Assembly (NCBI RefSeq): GCF_037042905.1
Contig: NC_087245.1
Span: 33,482,001 to 33,546,000, forward strand
Length of the DNA: 64,000 nt
Direction: 5' to 3'
Source: Lytechinus pictus
Taxonomy: Eukaryota
Shown here one piece after another: positions 23,927 through 37,327 of the stretch. The notes below the pieces were generated by a model. That model worked only from the letters and a program-made list of their open reading frames with translations, did no database searches and was not told the DNA's origin. Numbering within the stretch: the stretch's first letter is position 1; each line of letters starts with the position of its first letter. Made by a program: the position numbers and the translations under genes.

Positions 23927-26906
23927 TTAAACTCTGATCTAAACATGTAGTCTAGCTATTGGTCATTAAGGAGCCAAATATTCAAATCATCAACAATGTT
24001 GGCACACTATTCTACTGAAAGCTGCCTTTTCCCCACCATTAAAATATAGGTAAAGAAACACAGAGTAAACATTTTTAGCTTCCCATAAATCTCATCCGAG
24101 ACTTAAGTTACATACTGTACATGTAGACCATGGCTTAGTTAAAGTAAAACCAGAGTTCAGAATACAGACCCTAAAGTTCAGAATCATAAGCATACCATAG
24201 AAATTCTATTTAACAGCATATAATTTCTATGAAATGTCAGGAAAGTGAGAAATAGATTGTTTTATGAGAAACGGACCCCTGATGAAAAGTTAGCTAAGGT
24301 ATGGGTCATTGATAAGGTCAGGATTTTTCCATGCACCTAGCAGATTTAAAAGGGAATGAAACCCTGAAAACTAATTATATTTCATGAAACAGAAAAATCA
24401 AAGAAAAAATAGTGATCTCAACATTCAAATACTGATAACTTTCTTATTTTTATTTAATTTTTTTTCGTAAAGTATCATTTGTGATAGTCTTTGATCATGT
24501 CCAACTTCTTAGAGGGGTTTCACCTTTTGTAGTTGTTGAAATTCAAAATAATTGAGAACTGGTTTTAAGCACGCAAAATACATTCAACTTGTGTGCAACT
24601 TACAAACAGTTTCATCCCCTTGGCCTGTACTGGCCATATTAAAAAGTGGCGTGGATTCTGTCAAGGTCTATATCATGCTGCATTCTTATATTCTGCTATT
24701 AGTTTCATAGTTGAAGCTTTATTATAGATGTATTATTAATACCTCTGTATGTGATATCAATTGGTAACTTTGGATATGAAGTGATCACAAAATAATTGTA
24801 ATTTTGTAAAGGATAAAGAGCAATTAAGTTTGTTTAAAATTATAAGATAACTGTGATTAATCAACTTCTTTATCAGCAACCCAAGACCAAAACAATATGA
24901 GATTGTCCTTTCACATATGTACCTGAAGGCTAATCCTATCCCTACACTTAATATTACAAGGCAATAAGAAATTAATACAATCATTGCTCTGAATATATTC
25001 CATATTTGGCTTGAAATTCTCTACCTCTTTTGACATCCCACCCCTTATAATTCCTATTTTTAGATCCACCCTCCCACTCAATTTGATGTCATTTATATCA
25101 TGTTTATTACTTTTAAAGCTGAATCCTGTATATTCTTATTACAATCTATTTATGTATTTACAATATGTCTGAGAGGATTTGATGACCTCTTTAAAATGAA
25201 ATACTCCCTAAGTTTCTAAAATTGAAAGAGAAAGTCCTTCTTTTTAATGTGTCTTCACCACTAACACTCTGTATTCACTTGAATATTTTCTGTGTCTTTT
25301 TTGTTGTTAACTGACCGTTGCATAAAGAGTTACAATCAAACACAAACTCCAAAAATCAAATGCAGCTTAAATTTCATCTAATGTAATGCGCACTTGAGGG
25401 ACTTGCGCTTGAGTGTTTAAAGGCAACTCTTTATAGTGTAATGGGCTCCAGATTGAGTTGTTGGAGATATATGTGTACATGTACGAGTAATGATCTGTTG
25501 CACTTATATTATTGATGAAACAGTCTCTTTTGAAGACTGTCTAGCTGTCTCTGAAAAATTCCTGTCATCTGTTGGAGGCAATCGAGATTTATAAAGAATT
25601 AATTTGATAAGTTCTTGTCTTGAGATATCAACATATTTAAAGAGTGTGCAAGAGTTTTTTCTTCTGTCTTGAGAGTCTTTGTCTCTGGCATTGAGATTGA
25701 CCTTTCAGTCCTAGCCTGTCATGGTTTCACACTAAGTCAATCAGCTGATGCATAAAACGTGAACTACTTTTCAGTTTCACATTACCCTTGCAGTCTATTT
25801 TATTGATTAATGTGTCACAGCAACCAAATCTTGAACTAGGGTTTTATCTTCAAGTTGTGATTGATTTGAGTCTCAAAAGAAGCAATCAAAAATGTTCATT
25901 GCCCAGAAAGATGAGAGGGTGTCAGTTCTCTAATATCACACATGTACTTGTATGTTACCACTGACTACAATGGGTGATCTCAAGTCCGATGTTGGCCTTG
26001 GTGTTGGTGTTGGAATTCGGATTGCTTCCCCTAGCTCCAAAACCTATTCAGAGTTTGTAAAACTGATCCAGATCACATTATTTACATCTCAACAACTAGT
26101 GAGTGACTTTTCGGGACCATCTTCATTTTATGTTTGTTGTTATAGATTATGTTTTGTGTAAAGATTGATCATCACCAACACCAAGAGGTCAACTCTGAAC
26201 TTGAAATCACTCAATGTCTAATTACACTGTAAATACTTTGCAATAAGGGAGAATCAACTATCCCATTTAATAAGGTAATTAGAATGTGAATCATCACCAG
26301 TCGTGGATTAAATTTGAAAATTGTCCCTTTTTATGCTCTGATCTTTGTGTGCTTGTAGCATTTTTCTACATGTTCCGGTTCTCCGACATACAGGTGCATA
26401 TCAAGTGGCTTGCTTTAAAAGACCGGGCTTGCTTTATAAGACCATTGCATGATAGCTGTGGGCCATGGAATCATGCAACTTGCTCTTTTGTGAAAAACCC
26501 CCATTACCGATATTTATCACCCCCGTTATGTGATAGAAAGTCAATTACTGCTTCAAAATCTATGAATGGTCAAGTCTATCATTTCAAGTAAATACCCTCT
26601 TCATTCACCAAATCTTGACCCATGCTTTAAATTGGCTCATTTTCCTGAAAGTACAGTGCAATTATGCAATCTCCCAGTCTTTTAAAGTTGGCCCTTATGA
26701 TATTAACATCTATTTTTGGAATTACTATTATGCCATTTGTCAATGAAATAGAGACTGTACCGTGTGTTGTATTGCATCATTTAAGCATTAAGCACTGGGA
26801 CCATAAAGCCATTAGACTTGATTAATTTCAATGATAATGAATATTCTGTAGTACAAGACTCTGGCATCATCACCATCATAATCATATATCTTAAAGTTGT
26901 GAAGGA

Positions 26907-27172
26907 CACTGGCGGATCCAAGGGGGGGGGGGGGGGGGGCAAAGCCAGCCTTTGCCCCCTTTTGAGAGGCACAATTAGATTTTTTAGTGTAAAAATTATG
27001 TTACAATAGAAGTGCCCCCCTTTTGGAAGTGGTTCTTTTTTTCTTGCTTGTGAGACTTTTTTGTGGACGAAATGTCCATACTTTTTGGTTAAAACACTTT
27101 TTTTTGCTTGTCAAATTTTTCCTCGGGGGAAAGTGTGTCCCCCCCTTTTGGAAAATCCTGGATCTGCCCCTG
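26907..27172. mobile_element. hAT-like MITE
   Basis: TIR CACTGGCGGATCCA / TGGATCTGCCCCTG; perfect 8-bp TSD GTGAAGGA. Confidence 0.8.
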
Positions 27173-28498
27173 GTGAAGGATATGCTTTACATTCAATGTC
27201 CCATATTCTGAAGTCCAGTCTAAAATAGACCACAAACTAATAGATGCTAAAATTATGGGAAGCCAAAAAATAATTATATATATCTTATTTTTCCTTTTTT
27301 GTCTCCCCTTGCTTTCATAATGAAGGATATTTTGGTTATCATTCCCAGACAATCTTGAATGTTTTCAGCGTCAAATGATTTGATAAATTGAACATGTACT
27401 AATTACATGTAATATTTGTGCCAGAAAGTGGCTATCCATAGTTCAAACCAGAGTATGATTTTAACCAGAGTTTAGAATACTGTCCAAGGAGTTCAATATT
27501 TTTCTACAATTTTGCAGCAAAAGCATCAACAAAACCATATTTCTACACTGAACACGATTAATAATGAATGGCTTGTATACTATAGATGTAATTATTTTGA
27601 ATAGATACATTGGATTATTATGTGACTAAATGGCACTTGGTAGAGAGTTCCAAGGGGTTGGGTCACTGTTAATATTTTTGTGCACCTCAATATAATGTGA
27701 GTTCCAAGTATATCTTAGAGGATGAAAAAAGTAGAGGAAAGAAAGGTAATAGTTGTGTTCATTTGTTGGGAGAATATTCTTTTCCAGTTGTATTCACGCT
27801 TCCCATCAGCATTACTCTGAAATTTGGTTTGGTTTTGTTGAAGCAGTACTCATGTTTTTCTGTTGCAAAGTTTATAACAGCACACATGTACATACCATGT
27901 ACCTTTAATGTACATACCGTGTATCTTTAATATACATGTATTTATTTTCATTGTTAAACAAATCAACGATTGCTTGTAATTTTAATAATTTTTAGTTTCA
28001 TGGAAGATTACCAATTGACTGTAATTGTAATGAAATCACTAATACTAGTAGTTGATTTTATTTACAGGTCATGTTATTTTTTTAAATTTTTTTTTATCCC
28101 AATAGTAGAAACAGGGAGAGCATCATGTTTAAATAATATGTGTGTGAAATTGAGATTAAGAGGAGAAAGTTCTTGCCACAAGTTATCAATAATTGTTATG
28201 TTCAATTTTAGTTCTGTAAAAAGTCCATGTATTCACTTATTTGGAAATTATGTAGTAAATGGATAGTATCTTTTCTTCTGTAAGATCAATGGGAATTCTT
28301 CAGTATGCATGTACTGTACATGAAGCATCATTTTGTTATTATTTTGATTACAGGGTTTTATTTTTTTGTTGCTTTATGTTATTTATAAAGGTATTTATTT
28401 CTGAATATATTACAATATCAAATATACCATATAATGTGTGGTAGGCCAAATATATATGTTTTCCCCCTCATTCTCCCCCTTTACAGTGTATGTGTAAT

Positions 28499-29355
28499 TT
28501 TTGTCTCACCTGCACTGCAGAGTGAGAGTCTATACATGTAGGTGCCGCTTTTCCGACAGTGGCGATAGCGTCAACATCAAATCGTAAACAAAGGTTAAGT
28601 TTTTTAAATGACAGCATAACTTTATAGAAAGTATATGGACCTAGTTCATGAAACTTAAACATAAGGTTAATCAAGTATTACTGAACATCCTGCCCGAGGT
28701 TCAGGTCACATGACCAAGGTCAAACATCATTTAGGGTCAATGAACTTAGAACATGTTGGGGGAGTCAATATCGAAATCTTAACCCAAGGTTAAATTTTTG
28801 AAATGTCATCATAACTTTGAAAGTTTTGGACCTAGTTCATGAAACTTGGCCATGAGGGTAATCAAATATTACTGGACATACTGTGCGAGTTTCAAGTCAC
28901 ATGACCAAGGTCAAAGGTCCTTAGGGTCAATGAACTTTGGCCAAGTTGGGGGTATTTGTTGAATTACCATCATAACTTTGAAAGTTTATGGATCTGATTC
29001 ATAAACTTTGGGTATAAGAGTAATCAAGTATCAGTGAACGTCCTGTGCGAGTTTTAGGTCACATGACCAAGGTCAAAGGTCATTAAGGTCAATTAACTTT
29101 GGCCATGTTTATAGGTAATTATTAAATTTCTGTTATAACTTTCAAATTTTATGGAGTTTATGAATTGTGGACATAGGGGTAATCAAGTATCACTGACAAG
29201 TCTTAGGTCACATGATCAAGGTCAAATATCATTTAGGTTCAATGAATGGTATTTTTTGTGAATAATTATTTTATAGTAGTTTTCAAAGTCAGCACTGCTG
29301 CTATATTGAATCGCATAATGCAGGTGAGACTGCCAGAGGCGCTCCACTTGTTTTT
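28499..29355 (+). mobile_element. Helentron/DINE-like non-autonomous element with internal tandem units of about 160-180 bp
   Basis: T-run flanks, subterminal inverted repeat GTCTCACCTG/CAGGTGAGAC, and repeated GGTCACATGACCAAGGTCAAA units. An inverted paralog lies at 46511-47556. Confidence 0.7.
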
Positions 29356-29398
29356 TCTTAGATGCACATTTGAAATTATACTGTATTGATCTAATTAA

Positions 29399-29993
29399 AG
29401 GGGAATCCAACCAAAATAAAAATTTGTTTTTATAAGGAAAAGAAAAATCAGACAAGTTGATAGGTAAAAGTTTGAACAATATTGGACAAACAACAAGAAA
29501 GTTATGAATTCTTAAAAGTCGCAAATATTGGTAATCACTATACCCATGGATACTTCAAATTGGCCGCATATGGGATGTCATAGTGATGTAAGGCAAGGAC
29601 TACTCTTCCATGTACTCCAATACATTTTGTGGCTAAAATGTCATTTTTCCAAAAAGTTTTATTTCAAATTATATTTTTCTTTCATGAGGATATAAAACAA
29701 TATACTACCTGGGTTATATTTAGATTACTGCCCCAGGGGAATGGGTACTTAGGAGAAAACCACAAATCCTTGATAATAAAGTACATGGCCTATGGGAAAG
29801 TTGTCCTTGCCCCTTGTCATAATTAACTTACCCAGTTGCCAATTTGAAATCTACATAGTATTAGTGATCTCAATTTTAAAGTAGCTATAACTTTCTTATT
29901 GCTTGTCCGATTTCTTTCAGACTTTCACCATTCTGTTTAATTTATTTTTCTCCTTCCCAACACAACATTTTATGGCCAAGGCTGGATTCCCCT
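29399..29993. mobile_element. TTAA-TSD MITE (Kolobok-like)
   Basis: TTAA|AGGGGAATCCAACC ... GGCTGGATTCCCCT|TTAA. Confidence 0.8.
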
Positions 29994-31028
29994 TTAAGAT
30001 TTTTCCTATTAAAAAGATAATGACCTTTTAATATTTGGAATCAAACCTTTCAAGGACATAAATTATGGGGGCTTGTAAATGGAGACCACATGCATTTATC
30101 TCACATGCAGAGCAGAAAGAAGACAAAAGTGGTCCGCTTTTTTTATTGCTGCGAAGGTGCAGTCAACATCACAATACACCTAGAAGGTTAAGTTTGTGAA
30201 AATGTCAAAACTCTGATTACATTATGAAATTTCTTTTGTGAAACCAGGACACAAAGGTAATCTATTATCACTGATTGTTTAGCATGAATTTGTGGTCACA
30301 ATATCAAGGTAGAAGGTCATTTGAGGTAATAAACTTTGAGCATATATACTTTTTGACCAAATGTTGTGATTAATAGTTCAGATGTTTAAGTTTTTAAATT
30401 ACAACTCCCTTTTCCATGAAAATAAAATAAAATAATGTGGTTATCACATGAATAAAAAGCAGTTGGTTTGGTAGAATATCATGGACAAAGGTCATTTGAG
30501 GTAAGCCCCCCCCCCAAAAAAAAAAAAAACCTAAAGCTAAACCCTCTTTTCCAATTCTTTGCCTATGGTAAATTTGAGGACTTACAATGAAAACAAAATT
30601 GCTTGCTGGATTCCTTTGTGAATAACTACTGTTCTGACAATTGGTAAGGTGCCTAACAAAAGATGCTATCCAAGCATCAGGCATGCAAAACAAATCACGT
30701 AAAATGGAAATAATAATGAAAAAGTGCAGAAATTTTGAGCAAATGACAAGGAAGAATCATTGGAAAGGTTTACAGATTTGATGGTATTCTCAAAGAGGCC
30801 TGTGTAATGTAGGATGTATGATTCCCATCAGCTGGGGGTTTATACAGTTTTCTGGGTTTTTTTGTAAGCTTTGCAAAATGTGGTCTACAAATTGGGCAAA
30901 TTTTCATATTATGAAAGCATACAAGCTGACCAGTAGTTCTAGAGAGAGTTCATCTGATGTTACAGCACATTCTATATGTGTATAATTATTGTATATGAAT
31001 GTTTTTTTCCAAATTTTTTCATCAGTTA

Positions 31029-31191
31029 TGCTGCAGTCACATTTCCCCTACGCCGGTCGTATGGCGAGTCGAAAACAGCTGTTTTATTCATGTTTATTCA
31101 AACAACCTATGCGTAGCTGGTACAAAAAATGTAAAAACTGGTGTCTTCGACCCACCGTATTGGCCGTCGTAAGACAAACGTGACTGCGCCA
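31029..31191. mobile_element. PIF/Harbinger (Tourist-like) MITE
   Basis: TTA TSD on both sides; TIR TGCTGCAGTCACATTT / AAACGTGACTGCGCCA. Confidence 0.72.
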
Positions 31192-31815
31192 TTACTCAGA
31201 ACAGATGTGGGACATCAATGAAGTCAGATAGAATGCACGCAGAACAAAATGAAAGGGAAGGCATGAGTTTCTATGCTACTTACATTTAATAATAGGTGTG
31301 GTTGGGCAAATAAATTAATGAAAGAAATCTATTTTCTCAATTACATTCATTTAACTCTCCTTAAAACTGAGAGATATAATAATATGCATGCAGTTTATAG
31401 CTAACATTGAAGTAAACTTGGTTTCACGGTTTGACCCTGGGCCATCTCCCTGGTTTTACCAAGTTTATGCAATCCTGACTATGGCCTACTTCTACTTCTA
31501 CTCCTACTCTACTGTAAACTCACCTGTCAAATATCATGCTTTTATCAACATCCATCACCACTATCACCATCATTTTCTTCATCACCACATATTCTTAAAA
31601 AATTATCTCCATCTATTACAGTTGCAGAGTTAATCAAGATATTCTTATTGGAAAATGAAGTAATTAGTCAAAATGAAAATGCCTAATAGTTTTATCCTGT
31701 GAGCAAAAATTCTGATAGCTTTGTAGAAAATTGCCAAACATTAATTTTCTCAGTGACTGAGTAAAAGACCTTGTGTCAAACATATGGTGTAGAGAAACCT
31801 CCATGTCCATTACCT

Positions 31816-32089
31816 CTGGGCCCCATCTTACAGAGAGTTACGAGAGTTACAATCAATTGTAACTCGGAAATCCATCAGTGCCATAATTTTTTTCTACGAA
31901 AAACTTGCACAATGTCCTCTGTATGCAAAGAGAAGTGCAGTGAATTTTCAAGAAAACAGTGAATGCATGAATATACATCATAGCTAGAAAATATTTTGAA
32001 TAAACATGCATAATAGAAGTTGACGTTGCTGGCCGTCCATAGTTGCGATTGATCGGATCAATCGTAACTCTTTGTAATACTGGGCCCAG
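31816..32089. mobile_element. MITE with CWG-type ends
   Basis: CTGGGCCCCATCTTACAGAGAGTTACGA / TCGTAACTCTTTGTAATACTGGGCCCAG. Confidence 0.7.
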
Positions 32090-33779
32090 ATTTGTCACGT
32101 GTTTCCCTTTGTAGAGGAAAGAGTTTGGGAATAACAAGAGGTGTATTTTTCAGCATATTGAGTGGTATTTATTAAGTATAAATGGTTAAGATCTCTCCAG
32201 GATGCTGCTTATCATCCATACTTGTACACACTTGCGTCCATCAGATATTTTTGTGTGAAATTCATGAATTCACGGAGGTCATTTTAGCTATTGCAAATCA
32301 TGGAAGCATGTCTTTATTCTGCAAATTATTCACAAAGTGATCATATTATTTGTACAGATAATTATGTATGGTAATTTATGCCTTTTTTGTCAGTGTAATA
32401 TATACATTTGTAAGTGTAAACACTTAAAACATATTTCTTTATCATTATTTTGGAGATGTTTCAAAGTGGGGAATAAAGAGAAATAGACACAAATGAAGCT
32501 TTTGTTGTTTCTGTTGTATGTTTTAAAGAAGTAGTATTATTAATCAATGTTTACAGATAATAATGTTTATGTGGTATCCCATCCAAGGCTATGATATAGT
32601 TTGTCAGTTTTTTGTTTCATTTATTTATTTAAACAGGGAGCATATACCTCAGCTAACATACCATTTTTCCGCAGGGCCATGCAGATAAAAGCATGAAATT
32701 CAGAACAACCCATATCCAACATACAACAACATTGATGCTGCAATGGCAAATAATATACATACAAACTAAATTTATCATGACAAAAGTATGAATAACTAAA
32801 AACAGTTTTAAACAATCAAGGCAATTCGCATGTGCATATGTATAACATAAAAGAACATGACAATGTATAAATAAACAAAAATACATAATACATGTTGTGT
32901 GACAAATAGAAATATAATGGACAAACAACAAAGCAATAAATAGGCCTACCTAAGATATTTTTTTTAAAGATCAAAATGACACACATATATCCTGAAACAA
33001 GGAGCTTTGAAGCTCCTTGCATAAAAGAAGATAGATACTATGATCACAAAAAAAGTATATAAAAAAAACATAAAAGACAAACTAAAAAAAAAAAGGAAAG
33101 TTATAGGCATAAATACTTATAATGACATTTTTTTTTTTGGGGGGGGTAGTCATTGATGGCTCGTGTCTCCTTAAATTTGTACTTATTGATATTAAGATCT
33201 ATTTGAAATTCCTGTATTAACTGAACTCTTGTTTTAAAACCTGTGGAATGGAGATTCAGTATTTTGCTCAAAAGTAGCTAAAACTCCTTGTAATTGTTCA
33301 CAATTTTCGCGATAGAAAATTGTAGAATGAGTTTCTTATAATCAAATTCAATTGTTTTATTCAATTCAAATTCAATTTATTCCTTAATAATTATCAAATT
33401 GTACATTCGTATATAGAAATATTACAAGAAAAGGAGGACAACAAAAAGTTTACACTTGAAAATGAGAAGCCTTAAAAAAATACAGTAATTATTATATGTA
33501 CACATCAGATGAAGAGGGGAAAAAGCGAAATATGCACATTCACACACACACACACACACCCACCCACCCACCGAGAAATATCGTTATCATCACACACAAA
33601 AGCACACCCGAACGATCCATCTTGGTTCATTCATTAACAAAAATAATACATGTATAAATGAGATGAGTTTGAGTTCAAGTTAGGAATAGGTATTAATAAT
33701 CTTTTTGAGTTTGCATTTAAACGAAGAAACAGCTGAACATGAAAAAAGGCATACATTGAGATGATTTTTTACAATATTT

Positions 33780-35130
33780 TCGAAAACAAGGTAGTGAAGT
33801 TATTGGTCTATAATTCGAAAAGAGATGTTTATCACCTTTTTTGTGTACAGGGATTATTTTACCTATCTTCATTTTGTTAGGGACTTTACCGGAACAAAGA
33901 GATAAATTTATGATATGAACTAGTCGATCAGCTTTAAGTTGGATAACCTTTTTGACTAAATTAGTACAAACATCAAAACCTGTACTATTAGTACTTTTGA
34001 GCTTAGTTACAATATTTATTCTTTCATTAGCATTTGTTGGATTTAAAAATAACGATTTATTACAAGGATTCATTAAGTATGAGGTAAATTTAGAAATGAC
34101 TGATTTGTTCAACTTTGAACGAGCTAATAAATCAATGTTAGAAAAATATGTATTAAACTCTTCAACAATGTCTACATCTTTATCTATTTTGTTCTCATCT
34201 TTTGTAAAAAATGAGGGAAAATCAGACTTTTTATTCTTGCCAATTAAGTTGTTTAAAATTTTCCATACCTTAGAAAGATTATTTTTATGTACTTGTAACA
34301 ATTCGCAATAATATTGTTTACGGGAAAGCTTTAGTGTATTATTTAAGATATTACGATATCTTTTGAATTTAGTATGCAATTGAACATTACGTTTAATACA
34401 AAATATCTTATAGAGTCTTATTCATACATCTTAGTATTCAAGGAGATACCCAAGGTTTCCTTGGAACAGATTTCTTTTACGACATTTCTTTTGACACTTT
34501 TTATCTACAGCTTCATTGAATTTATGCAAGAATCGTTCATAAGCATAGTCAACATTGTCAAATAACAATCAATACATCAGTCCAACTAATCTCAGAGCTC
34601 TTTTTTCAAAGCATTGATAGTTGTAGAGTTTATGCATTTCATAGAATAATTTGACTGATGTGACCTAAGAGCATTCTCAGTGCGTTTATTTTTAGTCAAG
34701 GAAAAAATGGATTGATGGTCAGTGATGTCATTATATAGGATACCAGCTTTAACATTTTTATCACACATATTAAAAAAATATCTATGAGAGTCATCGATGA
34801 GTTGTTGATTCGAGTGGGTCTATTGATTAGGGGGCGAAAAGAGTTATAAACAATATTTACAAAGTCATTTATATAATTTACAGTTAAAGAATTCATTAAA
34901 TTAATGTTAAAGTCTCCCATTATATAAGTTTCTTTACTTTCATTTGTTATTGTACGTAAACATTTGTTCAGAGCTATATTGAAATCATATATGTTTGTAT
35001 GTGGGTCTGACAGCAACTATGATATTTTTACGTTTAGGTCTACTTATTTCAATAAAGAGAGATTCACAAAGGTTGAGAGATAAATGAAGATCTTGTCTCT
35101 CAATAACATTGAAGGTATTATCAAATATCT
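33780..35130 (-). pseudogene. Decayed non-LTR retrotransposon ORF2 (APE endonuclease end to pre-RT region), CR1/L2-like
   Basis: Motifs YIMGDFNINL, PLINRPTRI, KVWKILNNLIGK, EFNTYFSNI and KKGDKHLFSNYRPITSLP, with frameshifts. Confidence 0.85.
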
Positions 35131-35169
35131 TTCGTTCAAATAGATTGATCAAGTACATGTAACATGGTC

Positions 35170-36340
35170 AATCTTGATTAACTATTTTATACATCATGTT
35201 AAGAGTTTGTTTATATCTTCTAGAGTATAAGGTATTGAAGGTATTTAGTGCTTTGGTAGAATATTTGGAATTTCGTAGAATTTGGAGCTTTTCATGTATT
35301 TTCTTCTCCTTACTCCAAACCACGTCAAAATGATCTGATTTACTTCGTAACATTGTTTTGTAAAATACTATTGTAATATGTTGAGATATATCATGTATAT
35401 AATATCTTATTGTCTTGAAATGTTAAGTTTCCTAATGAAATCTTTTCTAAAAAATGTACAGGTTCATTCCTATTGAGATTAATATCTATTTGTACGCCAA
35501 GATACTTGCAAAATACACCTCATTTCATTTCATTTCTGTATACAAAATGTTTTATCTTTAACGATTGTTCTATATTCAATTTAAATAACCTCACATTCTT
35601 TAGTATTGAGAAACATTTATTTTAGTTCAACTATTTTGAGAGTGTATCATATCGGAATTGATTACATTTTCAATACTTTGTATTATCTTACAGGAGTAAT
35701 TTGTACAACTCGTCTGGATACAATGATATCCAGCATTTTGTTATACAATCCAATATATAATTTATGAAAATGGCGAAAAGCAAGGGACCTAGATTGGCCC
35801 CTTGTGGATTCCACAGATTACATTTCATTTGTCTTATCTTACACCATTTACTACCATGCATTGCCTTCTTTCAGAAAAATAGTTGAGGAACTGTGCACAT
35901 GTCCTTTTGTCAAGTCTGAACAGTCATGTCAGTTTGAACATATTTAGGTGTATAGCATGGTCCACCGTGTCGAACGCTCTAAGATTAATTGCTATCATTT
36001 CTACAATGTCGCCTTCATGTATACTTTCTAACTAATCGTTTGAATCATTCAGAAAGGCAGTTGCAGTTGAATGCTGGGGCCTGAAACCAGAATTCTTCAC
36101 ATCAATGATTATGTTAAACGATAGATATATAATTGGTTAAAGATAAGAACTATAAATCAGTTTCTCCATTTTTAGGATTTAGATTGGTCGATTGATAGTT
36201 TCCATTTCTGATAGTTGTCTTTTTGTCAACAGGTATGACTAAAGAACTTTCTAACCGAGTTGGATTTATTGCAGTTTCTAAACTTATTGATTAAAAATGT
36301 AATTTTTGATATTTTCATAATCGCGACTGATCACAAACCT
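35170..36340 (-). pseudogene. Older, heavily decayed LINE reverse-transcriptase fragment
   Basis: Degenerate SGFRPQHSTATA and RAFDTVDHAI motifs around 35950-36100. Confidence 0.55.
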
Positions 36341-36419
36341 GTGTGTTAAAGCCTTTCATGCAAGCTACCAAACATTTCACAACCCAAAAATTGCATTCCC
36401 CTTTAAACTGTAATTATCA

Positions 36420-36778
36420 CCCTGTTCAGACTGTCCCCGTCACCCGGGACATCCACCGGGGGATCCCCCGAAAAATCGACAGTCTGGACGGTCTGGAGGA
36501 TTGTCCCCCGTCTCTATCCCCCGGGTTTTTCGAAGGAAGAGCGACCTTGGCTCGTAATCCGAGATCGCGCACCTGTTTTAATCATAACTGCGCATGCGCG
36601 AAATGTGGTGTCAAGAGAACTGCTTCCGCTCAGGTTGATCATGATCGACTATAATTGCATTTCCCGCGTTATCATGTGCGGGCGCGCCTTACGTAACCAT
36701 GCCGATGCCCACTCGTCCCTCGTTGCCAATCTCCCGGACACCGGGGGATGTATGGACGGGGGACAGTCTGAATGGCCT
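36420..36778. mobile_element. GC-rich MITE with Harbinger-like ends
   Basis: TIR TTCAGACTGTCCCCGTC / GACGGGGGACAGTCTGAA. Confidence 0.65.
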
Positions 36779-36966
36779 GTATGAAATACAATGTAGGCCT
36801 ATAAAATAATGATTGATATGCTGCCATAAAGTACTTGTAACCAAATCAGTTTGAGTGATAGTAACTACGTGATAAGATCTTCATCCTTAAAAATCAAATT
36901 ACCACCAGTGAAAACCAACCATGAGAAAAGCACAAGACACGGCGTTCTATGTGATATTAAGTTGGT

Positions 36967-37274
36967 AAATGAAGAGGCTTTAATAGGAGGACATTATAAT
37001 TTGTTTACAAATTTTCGGCATTACTCCTATTTGTTTAAGATCGGTATGCTCGATCTGTAATGAAAATCATAAGTCAGAAAAATTGGAACCAGTGGGATTC
37101 GAACCTGCCATCTACTGCTTTCCGGGCAGCGACTTAACCACCAGGCTATTCTATTAGATGGCAGGTTCGAATCCCACTGGTTCCAACTTTTTCTGACTTA
37201 TGATTTTTATTACAGATCAAGCATACCGATCTTAAACAAATAGGAGTAATGCCGAAAATTTGTAAACAAAAAAA
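36967..37274. mobile_element. Palindromic tRNA-derived retro-insertion with a 14-bp TSD
   Basis: GATATTAAGTTGGT at 36953-36966 and 37275-37288; inverted arms 37000-37114 / 37155-37270; Pol III A and B boxes on the minus strand. Confidence 0.8.
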
Positions 37275-37327
37275 GATATTAAGTTGGTTTCCTCAGTAAG
37301 TCTGGTTGGTATTGGTTGTCCTGAGTA

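Noticed and set aside
27887..27916. Pumilio elements (TGTACATA) in a putative long CCNY 3'UTR
   Set aside because: They cannot be separated from the local excess of ACATGT/TGTACA-type footprints, and the UTR extent is unproven.
37082..37153. Functional tRNA gene (GGA anticodon)
   Set aside because: The 5' acceptor strand is missing, the T-stem is mispaired, and it lies inside a TSD-flanked insertion.
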